Below are positions 45,113 through 64,000 of a DNA stretch of 64,000 nt, piece by piece; position 1 is the stretch's first letter; every line of letters starts with the position of its first letter. The notes under the pieces are model-generated. The model was not told the DNA's origin and did not search any database. It saw only the letters and a list, made by a program, of their open reading frames with translations. The position numbers and the translations under genes were made by a program. This stretch comes from the human T2T-CHM13v2.0 reference genome, Homo sapiens. Location: NCBI RefSeq assembly GCF_009914755.1, contig NC_060925.1; one strand, given 5' to 3'.

Positions 45113-46683
<1,571 letters not shown>

Positions 46684-47346
46684 TATAATGATTCTTAAAA
46701 TTGAGTAGTGTGCATCCTCCAACCTCATTCTTCTAATATTTTTTTCTGCACTAATTTCATTCTCCTTTCCTTCTCCTGCCCTAATGAAATGAATGTTATA
46801 CTATTTGATATCACCCCACAGTTCCCTGAGGCACTGTTCAATTTTTTTTTCAATATTTTTTGTGGTTCAGATTGGATAATTTCTATTGCTCTTCACGTTT
46901 ATAGATCCTTTCCTTTTTTTCCACTCTGCTCTCAAGCTATTATTGAGTCTAGGTCTGATAATTCTGAGTCATCTTGGGCTGGGATTTGCTGTTTTTTCCA
47001 CCATGAGTTGCTGCAATTTTCCTGTTTTTGTTTCTGTTGTTTTTTTCAATGTTGAGCAATTTTGTATTGTATCCAGGATGTTTTTATTATTATGTTATGA
47101 GACTGTAAGTCCTGTTAAAATCCTCTGAGGAATGCTGGATTTTTTCTTTGTTTTGGTTTAGCAGATAGTTGTCTCAGTTACGTTCAGGCCAAAGTCTAGC
47201 CTGCCTTCTATGGACCATGGAATGTAATTTCAGTTTTCAAGCTTTTGCAGAGTATTTCAATCTGTTCTATGTATGTTTCCCCCAGGGGCTAAATGGGACC
47301 TGGGTGGGGGTCTACACCACACACCAGTGTTCAAAGCCCTTGGTCT

Positions 47347-48201
<855 letters not shown>

Positions 48202-48400
48202 CTCTTCTATTTCAGATAAGTTTTTCCCACAAACACCTTGGGAGTGATCCTAAGACTTCAACTCTCTTTGAAGTCCTCTTCTCCAAAATCTCCACAATAG
48301 TCTCTGGCTCCCAGAGCTCCTTATCCTGGTTCTGTGGCCCAAATGCCTGGTTTTCAGTCTTCCTGTGCTGTCAGACACCTCCCACAACTGGATCCATCTC

Positions 48401-49076
<676 letters not shown>

Positions 49077-49424
49077 ATCTCCAAGGCAAATCAGCAAGCT
49101 CAGCTGCTGATAGAGTCACCATCCATAGGGAGAATGCAGCTTTAGAACTGGAGCCCTACAGAGCCAATAAAAGAAAACAGAAACAGAATAGTTCCTCATT
49201 TGTCAGAGGGGCCTCTTTCCAGTTTTCTTTTTAAAGATAGAGATACATCTTGGTGTTCCTTTTGCAACATTCCAGAATTTTTCTTGCTTTGAGATAGTAG
49301 AGAGAAAAATATACGAAACTCACCATTTTGTTGGTCTTTGAGTTTTAATTTCTTACCCAATTTATCTTCTATTATTTTCTTTATTACCTTTATTATTTAT
49401 TTTACTAATCTCAGTTATTTGTTT

Positions 49425-49942
49425 TGTAATGCCCAACCTTGTTTTTTCCTTATTCACCTGGCCTTGTTCCTCCCTTAGCTAAGAGAACCAGACAAACTCC
49501 ATCTTGGCTCTTTCATTGGCAGCCCCTTCCTCAAGGACTTAACTTGTGCAAGCTGACTCCCAGCACATCCAAGAATGCAATTAACTGATAAGATACTGTG
49601 GCAAGCTATATCCGCAGTCCACAAGAATTCGTCTGATTGATAACGCCCAAAGCCCCGCGTCTATCACCTTGTAATAGTCTTAAAGCCCCTGCACCTGGAA
49701 ATGTTTACTTTCCTGTAACCATTTATTCTTTTAACTTTTTTGACTACTTAACCTCTGTAAAATTGTTTTAACTAGCCCCCCCCTCGCCTCCCCTTCCTAA
49801 ACCAAGGTATAAAAGTTAATCAAGCCCCTTCCTCGGGGCCAAGAGAATTTTGAGCATTAGCCGTCTCTTGGTCACCAGCTAATAAAGGACTCTTAATTCG
49901 TCTCAAAGTGTGGCGTTTTCTCTAACTCGGTCAGGTACAACA
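49425..49942 (+). mobile_element. LTR6A/6B (HERV-S71/HERV-T) solo LTR
   Basis: TGTAATGCCCAACCTTG...GGTACAACA; 4-bp TSD GTTT; TATAAAA near 49809 and AATAAA at 49881. Confidence 0.88.
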
Positions 49943-50014
49943 GTTTCATGTATTCTCCCCAGAATTTTTGTTGTATTCTCTGGGAGAAATAGCATGGAAT
50001 ATGTTTATGCCATC

Positions 50015-50310
50015 TTTTTTTTTTTTTTTTTTTGAGACGGGGTCTCACTCTGTCACCCTGCTGGAGTGCAGTGGCATGATTTGGTTTGCTGCAGCCTCTA
50101 CATCCTGGGCTCAAGTGATCCTCCCACCTCAGCCTCCCAAATAACTGGGACTATAGCTGTGAACTACTATGCCTGGTTAATTTTTGTATTTTTTGTAGAG
50201 ATGAGGGTTCACCATGTTACCCACTGGTCTTGACTCCTGCGTTCAAGTGATCTGCCCACTTTAGCCTCCCAAAGTTCTGGAATTACGGGCATGAGTCACC
50301 TCACCTGGCC
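50015..50310 (-). mobile_element. Alu (J-like)
   Basis: Alu consensus. Confidence 0.9.
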
Positions 50311-50407
50311 TGTTTTATATATTTTAGGGAAGTAGAAGTTACAGGCTAAGTCATAAATCAATATATGGAGGTTATACATTGCTTTGGCCTAAAAAGGCAG
50401 ACTATCT

Positions 50408-51240
<833 letters not shown>

Positions 51241-51339
51241 GGCAGAATATCTTGAAGTGGGGGCTTACAGGTCATAGGTGTCTTCAGAGATTCTTTAATT
51301 TGCAATTGATTAAAGGAGTAAAGCTTTGTCTAAAATTTG

Positions 51340-53280
<1,941 letters not shown>

Positions 53281-54335
53281 GAGTCATTGGGAAAAAATGA
53301 GAGTAAAGTCAATGAACAGAGCTGACACTGCTCAGTGGCAACACATTGTGAAGTCCTGCTATCCTGGGTGTAGGTGATATTAAATAGTTCTTGAATTAGA
53401 TGCTAATTCTGCCCTCTAGAAGGGGGTTCCCAATTCATTGTTCTTTATGTTCCTTGATTTGACCTTCTGGGAGACAGTTCTTCCTTTATTATATTTTTTA
53501 GTTATATGTGAAGAGGGTATTGGAGAATATGCACTCTTTGGAGGCTAACCAGTATCCTGAGCTCATTTCCTGTGTATAGAGGGCTGTAGGCCAAAGAGAC
53601 ATGTTAAGTTTTGTCTAGGCTCTTGGCTCCTTTGGCAATACAATTATCTTATAAACATTACTGGTTTCTTATCTCTTAGATTCCAATCAGCTTCATTTGC
53701 CAATGGCCATAACACAGTTCTTTCCTTGACATATCTCCATTTATCTGTCTACTTAATTCTAGGTACCTTGAGCCTATCAAGCTTGGTGGGAGACCAACAC
53801 CTTTATTCCCTGTTCATTTAGCCATTTCATCCAATTGAAAGGACTTACTAGGTGATATCTCAATCCATTTAGAGATTTTAAAGATAGGTATGACAGGGAT
53901 AGGCTTGGTTTGATTTTTTAAAATTATTATTAAAGGCTTCCATTAGAAAAGTATTTGCCATTGTCAACTGTGCCAGTTCCTGAATTTCTATGTTGTCTTT
54001 ATTCCTTTCCATTCCTGCTTACAAATTAGTAAATTATTTTTTGGCTATTTCTCTTTCATGAAGTGTCTTTCAAATACATCCAACATTAACCTACACATGC
54101 TATTAACATTTTGTTTTCTAGTCTCTTGCACTGGAGCTATAAACTTACTATGTTCATTATTTAACTTTTAAGTAATTGTAGGTCACAGTTTTATCAAATA
54201 TTCCATAGTACACCATGGGTTATCATTCTTCCAGCTGCTAAAATCAGTTTGCTTGCCCCCATCACTTGGCCCCTAAGTCAAAGTCACAAAAGTCATGCTT
54301 TTGTTAAAATACACCCATCTCTGGCCATAAGTTTC

Positions 54336-54656
54336 TGTATTAATCAATATATGCTAGGTTTTGTCAAAAAAATTTTTTTTCAACTTCCAAGTGCTTGGAA
54401 ATTGGCAAAATCTTAGTGTGACCTCAAAGGAAGATGTGGAGGCAAAATTAATATAAGTAGAATTTGGGCCAAGCTTGAGGATTGCAACTTAGGAGTACAG
54501 ATTCAAGTTGCCCTAAATATACACTCTGATTAGCAGCAGTTACAAGTGGATTTTTAAAGGAAAAGAAGAGGCAGCTCCTGACTTGTTTACCAAGAATTTA
54601 CATATTTTAATGTAAATTAAAATGTTATTTTAAACCCAAGCTACTGATGGGCTATA

Positions 54657-54706
<50 letters not shown>

Positions 54707-55218
54707 TGCATCATAAATTCTGGGAACACAAAGATCATGGGTGAGGCAGCTAGTCAGGAAGAAAATTACTTTAAATAATTGTCCCCAAGCATGGATGTAG
54801 AGTGGGAGTTGCAGGATGGAAGGCAAGAATGACCAAAATCCCATGCTCTTGTCTCTTTGGGACTGCATACCTCCCAAAGCTCAGACTGCCCTGAGCTATT
54901 TTTCTTTTCTCATTTGTAACATAAAATAATAAAAAATGTATTTCTTGTTCATGCTATACGTTTACTGTAGGTTATACATCTCCTAATTCTAGGATACAGT
55001 CTGATGATGAAGCAATGCTGCACATTGCCAGACTCAAAGGCAGAGAGAAAGAGGAGTCTAAACAGTCGCAAATTGGCAATTCAGTGCCCTGGCCCTGAGG
55101 TAATTGGCCAGAACTGGACATGTGGTCTCACTCAACCACAAGAGAGCCTGAGAGTGCAACCTACTTTAAGAAGTGCCCTGCAGGTTGAGAGTGGGAAATA
55201 GTTGGTGAACAGCACAAT
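54336..55218 (-). mobile_element. Old MLT1-type LTR interrupted by an ERV1 LTR (~54417-54913)
   Basis: tgtattaatcaa...gctaggtt start; attggccagaact...gttggtgaacagcac end; inner LTR-like text (ttgggccaagcttgaggattgcaac). Confidence 0.55.
54661..54705. repeat. (GTT)15 / (AAC)15 microsatellite
   Basis: Perfect trinucleotide run counted directly. Confidence 0.97.
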
Positions 55219-56423
55219 CCAATTGCATATGAACTTCGTAATCAAATGTACACTAGGACTGGTAAATGAGGCCCAACTTTACTGGAGTTGTAGCCCCCAT
55301 TCCCAGATTTAAGAGGTCCCTTTAACAGCACAAGTGCATACTATACATACTGTGCACCTTTCTCTAGTCTTCCACAAAGGAAGCTGTGGTGATTTTATCA
55401 GGTAACTGTGCTAGATACAGGAGAATCCCCAAGGCTTTAATTTATATTTAACCCTGACTCTGAGATGAAACCAATTCATTGATTCTCAAATAGACTTTAG
55501 AGCATCAAGTGATAACTGAAGCTTTGATCAACAAGCCCCATAGGGTAGCAATCATGCAGGGTAGCTTCTCCAGTTTCCGAATGTACAGAGGGAGGAAAGG
55601 GCCTCATCTCCCTGAAATCTCCTCCTGGGCCCCTGACTCGAAGAATAAGTCTACTATAGGAAAAAACCAGAAGCCACTGAAATACTCTTCCTCAGAAATG
55701 AAAAGTAAGTTTTATTTCAAACCTATCAGATCCATGTTCTAGAGAATGTTAAACTCTACAGATCCATCTCAGAATCAAAGGACCATATTCATATTGACAG
55801 TTAAGCTCTTATAATGGAAGTAACCTCATTCAACTCTTCTTAGAAGTAAATGATGGACAAGTAGATAATCTTTGGCAATCCTTTCCAGTTTTGTTTACAC
55901 ATAGGTTTCTTTTTCCCCCTGAAGAACTAACAAGAAAAAGCCAGATTCAATTACTATGATTTGGCAGCTTGAAACAACAAACTGGTTTTTCCTGCTCCTG
56001 AGCTGAAATTTCAATTAAATAGTTTTAAAAGCTATGATGGCATAGGAACAAAATATTTGTCAAGTGACACCTGGAAACCTGCAGCTTAATTCTCTAAGCA
56101 CTGAAATTTTTTTCAATATTTTAACCATTTTGAGCAGAAATTCCTTAAAAATGTCTATCAACATAGTCCCTGCCCTCTTTCTTTCTTGTTTGTTGTCTTT
56201 TCATTATTTTCTCCTGGGTTTTCTAACAACGTCTGACCTTTATCCATTAAAGTCTACCAGCTTGGCACTGTCTGAAGATATTGATCTAGAGAATGTCATT
56301 TTGTGTGCATAATGTTTGCAGCGTCAACTGCACTAAACATAATTTGATCTGGCCTTAATTTCTCTGGGGCATCATAGGGAATCCCAGTTATTGTACAATA
56401 TCATAATGCACTCATGCCTTCAA

Positions 56424-56909
56424 TAGGGTTGCCACATTTAGCAAATAAAATTACAGGACATCCAGTTAAATTAGAATTTCTGATAATCAATGAATTTTTT
56501 AAAGTATATCCGAAATATTCCATACTTCGTTGCTTATTTGAAATTTAAATTTAACAAGGCTTCTGTTTTTTTTTTTTTTTTTTTTTTTTTTTTTGAGACA
56601 GAGTTTACCCTCTTGTTGCCCAGGCTAGAGTGCAATGGTGCAATCCTTGGCTCACCGCAACCTCTGCCTCCCGGGTTTAAGCAATTCTCCTGCCTCAGCC
56701 TCCTGAGTAGCTGGGATTACAGGCATGTGCCACCACGCCCCGCTAATTTTTTGTATTTTTAGGAGAGACGGGGTTTCTCCATGTTGGTTAGGCTGGTCTC
56801 GAACTCCCAAACTCAGGTGATCTGCCTGCCTCGGCCTCCCAAAGTGCTGGGATTACAGGCGTGAGCCACTGCGCCAGGCGAAGGCCTCTATTTTATCCGA
56901 CAATTCTAA
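56424..56909. mobile_element. MER53-like hAT MITE split by an antisense Alu (56566-56879)
   Basis: tagggttgccacatttagcaaataaaattacaggacatccagttaaatt; degenerate TSD aaggcttctgtttt / aaggcctctatttt. Confidence 0.75.
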
Positions 56910-57072
56910 TTAGGTACCACTGAGACACATAGTCCTATTTGGCCCTGGCTGCCTTTAGACTATTATCTTTTTCTCATTTGAAAGAGCTGCAGACCTTGGG
57001 TACTGATTTGAATTGTTGGATGTCCAGACTTGCAGTTCAGGCTCAGCTGACATTCTTGCCCTGGTGAGCTTC

Positions 57073-58285
57073 TGTACCTTCCTCTTCGCCCTCTGAAGGT
57101 TGGCTGAATAATCAACTGACAAAAGTCAGATTAATAAGAGAAGAGGCAGGCTGGGCACGGTGGTTCATGCCTGTAATCCCAATACAATGGGAGGCTGAGG
57201 CAAGAAGATCACTGGAGCTCAGGAGTTTGAGACCAGCCTGCATAAAATAGTGGGAACCCATCTCTATTAAAAGTAAAAAAAAATTAGCCAGGTATGGTGG
57301 CATGTGCCTATAGTCCCAGCTACTCAGGAGGCTGAGGCAGGAGGGTTGCTTAAGTGGGAGGCTGAGGCAGGAGGACCTTGGAGGTCAAGGCTACAGTGAG
57401 CCATGATCATGCGACTGCACTCCTTCTAGAGAGAGACCCTAACTAAAAAAAAAATAAATAAAAAAAAAAGAAAGAAAAGAAAAAAGGCATAGAAATTTAT
57501 TAGTGTACATGAGGAGAAATCACAGGGTGATTACTCTTATCCCCCATGTAGTACAGAAGGGTATACCATCTTTACAAAGAATGAGAGCTCCAAGCATGGC
57601 CAAAAATAGATTATGGTGGTAAATCAGGTTATAGTGGCAAAACAAGTTACGGGAGGGACAGAAGCAGAGGCCTGACTAACAAAGGTGGGTAGCAGCCCTC
57701 AGAGAGAATAGATGGTGGAAGTTTCTTTCAGACCTTTAAAAGTGTCAGAATCTCAGTAAATCTTTCCTAGATCTGGACAAGGAAGGGCCTCAGAGAAAGC
57801 CTGGCTACATTAATGCAGATTCTCCACAGATGCAAATCTGCCCTACAAGAGACAGTTTTGCAGGGCTACTGGGCTACTTTTTTTTTTTTTTTTTTTTTGA
57901 GACAGGGTCTTGCTCTATCAGCCAGGCTGGAGTACAGTAGCATGATCATGGCTTAATGTGGCCTTGAACTCCTGGGATCAAGTGATCGTCCCACCTCAGC
58001 CTCCCTCATGAGTAGCTAGGACTAAAGGCATGTACCATTATGACTGGTACATGTTTAAATTTTTATTTTTTGTAGTGATGGGATCTCAATATGTTGCTCA
58101 GGCTGGTCGCGATCTCCTGGGCTCAAGCAATCCGCTGGCCTCAGCCTCCCAAAGTCTTGGGATTACAAGCGTGAGCCACCACATCTGGCCTGCAAAGGCT
58201 ACTTCTGATTGCAGGCCCTCTAAACAGTCATCTCAAAATATGTCAAAGTAGTATATTTTGGGGTAAAATATTTTGATTTCCTTCA
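57073..58285 (-). mobile_element. MER34-group ERV1 LTR with two Alus (57149-57485 +, 57878-58190 -)
   Basis: Reverse complement begins tgaaggaaatcaaaatattttaccccaaaatatact. Confidence 0.7.
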
Positions 58286-59095
58286 AAGCCATTGTAGGGT
58301 TAATAATTGGCCTAATTTCAATATTGCTGTTTATTGGGAAATAGGGAGGCCCAAGGGGGAGAAGTGTGGGGAAATGGGCAGTTGGTGGAGTAGTCAGAAC
58401 ACACATAACATTTATTAATTAAGTTTGCCTTTCTATATGAGTGCAGTACATGGCACCTGTATTAGTCCATTTTCATGGTGCTGATAAAGACATACCCGAG
58501 ACTGGGAAGAAAAAGAAGTTTAATTGGACCTACAGTTCCACATGGCGGGGGAGGCCTCAGAATCATGGCGGGAGGTGAAAGGTACTTGCTTACATGGCTG
58601 CAGCAAGAGAAAAATGAGGAAGAAGCAAAATCAGAAACCCCAGATAAACCCATCGGATTTCATGAGACTTATTCACTATCATGAGAATAGCACAGGAAAG
58701 ACTGGCCCCCATGATTCAATTATCTCCCCCTAGGTCTCTCCCTCAACACGTGGGAATTCTGGGAGATACAGTTCAAGTTGAGATTTGGGTGGGGACACAG
58801 CCAAACCATATCAGCACCCCAAAACAATTACCATAGTAACATCAAAGATCATTGATCACAAAGCACTATACCAGATATAATAATGATGAACAAATTTAAA
58901 TATTGCAAAAATTATTGAATATTATGTGACACAGAGACACAAAGTGAGCACATGCTGTTGGAAAAATGGCACCAATAGATGTGCTTGAGGCAAGGTTGCC
59001 ACAAACCTTCAATTTGTAAAAAAAAAAAACAAAAAAACAAAAGCAATGTCTGTGAAGAGCAATAAAGCAAATCACAATAAAACGAGGCATGCTGT
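58286..59095 (-). mobile_element. Tigger1 5' end (TcMar DNA transposon)
   Basis: Reverse complement: cagcatgcctcgttttattgtg...tacaaattgaaggtttgtggcaacc...ttaggccaattattaaccctacaatggc. Confidence 0.88.
58458..58813 (-). mobile_element. THE1 (B/C-like) solo LTR inside Tigger1
   Basis: tgtattagtccattttcatgg...ccaaaccatatca; 5-bp TSD GCACC. Confidence 0.92.
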
Positions 59096-59869
59096 TATCA
59101 TCATCTAACAGGCACATTTTGGTTTCAAAAAAAACTGGGCATGTATTAAGATCTAATATGTATTTTACCATCCAGGAATTTTCTCAAGACTGTATTGCAG
59201 AAAATTTTAAAACCAGTTATTCTACTCTAATACAGTTACTTATTTTTCTTCAATATCACTTTTTTTCTAAGTATGTCTCTCTTGGACATGGTTTTAATCA
59301 TTTGCAATATAAAGAGACATAGGCTTAATTTATAGCAGCCCTGAGTTAACAAAAAGAGATAATCCTATTCGCTTATTTGATAATCCAGCTGAACCTGAAG
59401 TACTGATTTCAGCCTGTTCATCACCTGAATGGGCTGCCGTGGTTAGAGGGTTTCCAACACAGCTACTGGAACACTTTTAAAAGGTAATGCTGTGATCCAT
59501 GCAGCCAGGAAGGGGTTGGTCCCTCATAACTCTGCAATCCTCTGGGCCCAGTTTTCTTTTTCCTCTCCCGGTTGATGACACTAGGCCCATTGGTGGTACG
59601 GCTTTGGGTTTCCTTCAGTCTCAAGATCTCAGTCAGGGTGGGTGAAGTGGAAGAACAAGCCTTCTTGCAGACCACTGGTTGGTTGGCAGCCTTTGCCATA
59701 GCTAATCTGGTTGTTTTCAGGTCAGTGACAGTCACTTTTAGGAGAGGGTTCGTTTGCTTTCAAAATCCATCTCCCCGTTCCTCTCAGGGTTCTTTGCCCC
59801 AAAGGACTTTGCCCTTCCTTACGCAGTGGACACCTTGGCACCCTCTGCAAACAGACAGTCCCGCAGAGG

Positions 59870-60720
59870 CCCTCGACGAGTGTCACTCCATCTGTTTCGC
59901 GCTCCTAGGAGAGGTGTAGCAGAAAGCAGTGCCCCAGGCCTCCACGCGACGGTGAAGCAGGAACCAGGGGCTGCCAGCAGAGCAGCCCAGGTGCGTCGCC
60001 TTAGGGACAGAGCTGCCAAGTGCCGAGCTGGGGCTGCCAGAGCCGAGCCGGGAACGGCATTTGCCAGAGCCGAGGCGGAAGCCGGAGCATTTGGGGGACG
60101 GGACCGCGGGAACCCGGAAACGCCTGGGCTGCACCGAGCTGGCGGTGGCTACGGCGACGGGAGCCGGCGGCGCTGCGGGTCAGCGGTCGCGTAGGACCCA
60201 GCGGACTCGGCAGCCTGGGGCGCCCGGCGGAGCTGAACCGCGGCCCCCGGTGGTGGGCTCAGCCGGTCGAGCTGCGCGGGAGGTGAGTCCTCAGCGCACC
60301 TGGGGAGGGGCGGGAACCAGGAGGCTAGCGGCTGCGGGGCGGCCCGGGAAGCTCCTGGAGGAGGAGGAAGAGGAGGCATGCGAGGGGGCTGATGTGAAGT
60401 CTGTAGGGGTGAAGGGGACGGTATCGAAGACCTGAAATACAGTGCTAGCTAAGTAGGGGTGGGAGCAGATGAGGTGACACGTTGTAACTCCGACGGACGA
60501 CGTGCGGAATGTACTGGGTGGAGGAGGAAAAAAGGCCCGAGGAGAGGGGTGTGTCAAGCGAATGAAGACGGCAGTGTGTGCCTCAGCGCCTGGTGCGTGC
60601 GGAGCTAGTGACGGGTGGGCCCGGCTGGGGCCCGTCATTCCTTCAGTGAACATCCCATGAGCTCTCGCTCGGTGTTGAGCCCTGTGGTAGGCACAGATGC
60701 ACCCGACCAGCACCTGGAGC
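59870..60720 (+). promoter_or_regulatory. SLC35A3: CpG island / TATA-less promoter of SLC35A3, with ETS-type GCGGAAG (60075-60081) and CCGGAAA (60114-60120) sites and a GC box (60307-60314)
   Basis: Only extended GC- and CpG-rich unique stretch in the window; gene name from known AGL-SLC35A3 order. Confidence 0.85.
60070..60282 (+). other. SLC35A3: SLC35A3 non-coding first exon (start approximate)
   Basis: Consensus donor GAG|gtgagt at 60282/60283 inside the CpG island; no ATG seen in the exon. Confidence 0.75.
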
Positions 60721-60764
60721 TCAAGAAGCCGCAGGAACTTAAAGAAATGGAAAGGCTGCCCTTG
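60657..60764 (+). CDS. SLC35A3: SLC35A3 alternative first exon, coding part: MSSRSVLSPVVGTDAPDQHLELKKPQELKEMERLPL (N-terminal extension isoform)
   Basis: ATG at 60657, 36 open codons, phase-0 donor TTG|gtaagg at 60764/60765; peptide matches my recollection of the long SLC35A3 isoform. Confidence 0.72.
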
Positions 60765-61427
60765 GTAAGGCTAGTAAGAACACAAGGACTGTTTGAAGTG
60801 GGGTGAGATTCTCATCAGAACAGGTGTGTGGGTGCATTGCTTTATAGTAAAAGACGATCTTTTATTATGTTCTCTTAAATGCAGTATTTGAAAATTAAGT
60901 CTTTTCGTTTTTGAAATCAACATTCGACTTTAGTAGTTAAAGATGAAATTTGGTGCAGTTTCTTACTTGGTGTTCTTATTCACTTTCACTGGTAAACTCA
61001 GGGTGTTTCAAGGGAATGACTTGTAAACTTATATTTCTGAGGCTAACTTTCCTCCCAACTGTTGATTCTATCTCTTCAGCATCTCAAATTTAGTTCTCCC
61101 CTTTTTCATTCCCACTACCTGTCTGCTAAATATGCTCGTCTTTCCTCTTCTTACTTGCACTATAGCAATAACTTCCAAACTGGACTTGTCCTCAGCCTGG
61201 CACCCTTCCAGTCACTTGCCTCCATATTACTTTTAAAGCCAAAGATCTTATGACTTTCTTTTTTTGGTTATTCCTTCCTCAGAAATACGCAGTGACTCTC
61301 GATCGGCTTCAGAATAAAATGTAAATTATTTAGGGAGGCATTTAATAAATTTTATATTATTTAGGGAGGCTTCAGATTTTTCCTTCAGAATTTGAGTCTG
61401 ACGGTGGCTCCAGTAAAATCAATATGA

Positions 61428-61725
<298 letters not shown>

Positions 61726-61806
61726 CCCCAATATGATTCTTTCTTTTTTCCTTTTATTAAACAAGTATTACTTTTTTCCACATATCCTATTTTTTAGCCA
61801 AACTAG

Positions 61807-62782
<976 letters not shown>

Positions 62783-62919
62783 TAGTACTTGAACACATCA
62801 TGATGTATTAGACTCTTAAATATTTGTTACATTAATCATGTAATGAAACAGACTGTTATTGTGCTTCTGGAGACAAGATGAGCTCTTGAGTTGTTATAGA
62901 AACTTACTGTGGATTTAAT

Positions 62920-63065
62920 ATTTGAAAATGCTTTTCTGTTCCATGTTTTAGTACCTCATTTGATCCTAGTAATAAATCGTTGGTGTAGGATAGTTATTAT
63001 CACCGCTATTTTATAGATAAGAATATTAAAGTTCAGACAGTCCAAATAATTTGCCCTGGGACCTA
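62920..63065. mobile_element. MIR
   Basis: ctcatttgatcct...gtaggatagttattatcaccgctattttatagataag...aagttcagacag. Confidence 0.65.
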
Positions 63066-63855
63066 CATATACGCCTTAGGCTGCCTCAATTATATTTGAA
63101 ATTGATATAATTTGTGTCCTGAAACATGTGCCTTTTACTTAGTAGAAATTCAACATTTTGCTCGAGTGATTGGATAAGTTACAGAATCAATGGAAAGAAT
63201 CTCGTTTGAAAGCCTAAACTTGTTCAGTAGCCATGAAATATAACTTTTGAGCTTTTCCTTTCCTGAGAAGTATAGAGAGTGAAGTTTCTGTTTAATGTTA
63301 ATCAACTGTGGATTTGTCTGTGTGTGTGCATGTAAGTGCCAGAAATTTAGAGTAAGTTATAGACCTGTCTGGGTAACTGAAATAGCTTGAACATCATCAC
63401 ACTGACAGTTAATAATGTCATTCATGAGTATTAATTTATTATTAAATAAGATTCAGGTGAATATGAATTGGTAGCTTAACATTAGATTTTAATCCTCACA
63501 AAAGCAATGTATTCTTAAGTATGTTCAACTTAATTATCTCTATTAATGAAGGAGTGTAGTGGTTATATATTTTTAATCATTGTTTCTTTAATGTATCTTT
63601 TATATAAATTCGAGTGTTTTATATATAAGTGTGAAAATGACTTTAGAAGCTACAATGTTGCTTGGCTTCTCTATCCAGATTGCCTGACCAGAACTCTTTC
63701 TAGTTTATCATCCATATTGGAGACACCATCTAAAATGAAACCAAAGAGCCAGTTTAAAATAAGTTGCTGTACTTAGAGATAAGAAGTTTGATTGAAAAGG
63801 TATGCTAGGTCAGGAAGCATAGTGGAAATTAGAATTACGATGAAGCTGAAACTGG

Positions 63856-64000
63856 GCCGGGTGTGGTGGCTCATGCCTGTAATCCCAGCATTTTGGGAGG
63901 CCCAGGCAGGCGGATCACGAGGTCAGGAGTTTAAGACCAGCCTGACCAGCATGGTGAAACCCTGTCTCTACTAAAAATACAAAAATTATCCTGGCGTGGT
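63856..64000 (+). mobile_element. Alu, cut by the window end
   Basis: ggccgggtgtggtggctcatgcctgtaatccc. Confidence 0.95.

Noticed and set aside
54641-54877. Polyglutamine (Q15) ORF on the minus strand
   Set aside because: An (AAC)n microsatellite within LTR sequence; no splice or promoter support
58286-58300. Tigger1 breaks near its transposase ATG next to an LTR, suggesting a domesticated fusion
   Set aside because: No transposase coding sequence follows and no ORF continues; simple truncation is enough to explain it
59754-60713. Long Ala/Gly/Arg/Pro-rich ORFs across the CpG island
   Set aside because: Expected from stop-codon depletion in GC-rich DNA; mostly non-ATG starts and they cross the exon 1 donor

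Overview
Primate, almost certainly human, genomic DNA; I recognise it as chr1p21. Bases 1-14.3 kb hold the last seven coding exons and the ~2.4 kb 3' UTR of AGL (glycogen debranching enzyme, C-terminal amylo-alpha-1,6-glucosidase domain; + strand). The exons join in frame at GT-AG boundaries and end ...ETLYDL-stop at 11912. Bases ~14.3-59.4 kb are an intergenic stretch made largely of transposable elements: more than 50 Alus in the window overall, L1/L2/MIR fragments, DNA transposon fossils, many solo LTRs and two long decayed ERV internal regions, often nested with intact target-site duplications. A CpG island at ~59.9-60.7 kb carries the promoter and two alternative first exons of the next gene, SLC35A3 (Golgi UDP-GlcNAc transporter), identified from gene order and a recalled isoform N-terminus. 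Almost all ORFs in the supplied track are Alu/LTR/L1 artefacts. I found no evidence of a new multi-gene system. The best leads are smaller: a possible in-frame AGL circRNA flanked by inverted Alus, a young AluYa5 insertion, an abnormally long (52 bp) duplication flanking an Alu with reciprocal CpG decay, a possible templated L1 micro-insertion, solo LTRs that may act as enhancers or promoters, and alternative translation starts in SLC35A3 exon 1b. Repeat family names are recalled, not searched, and repeat boundaries are approximate unless a TSD is quoted.
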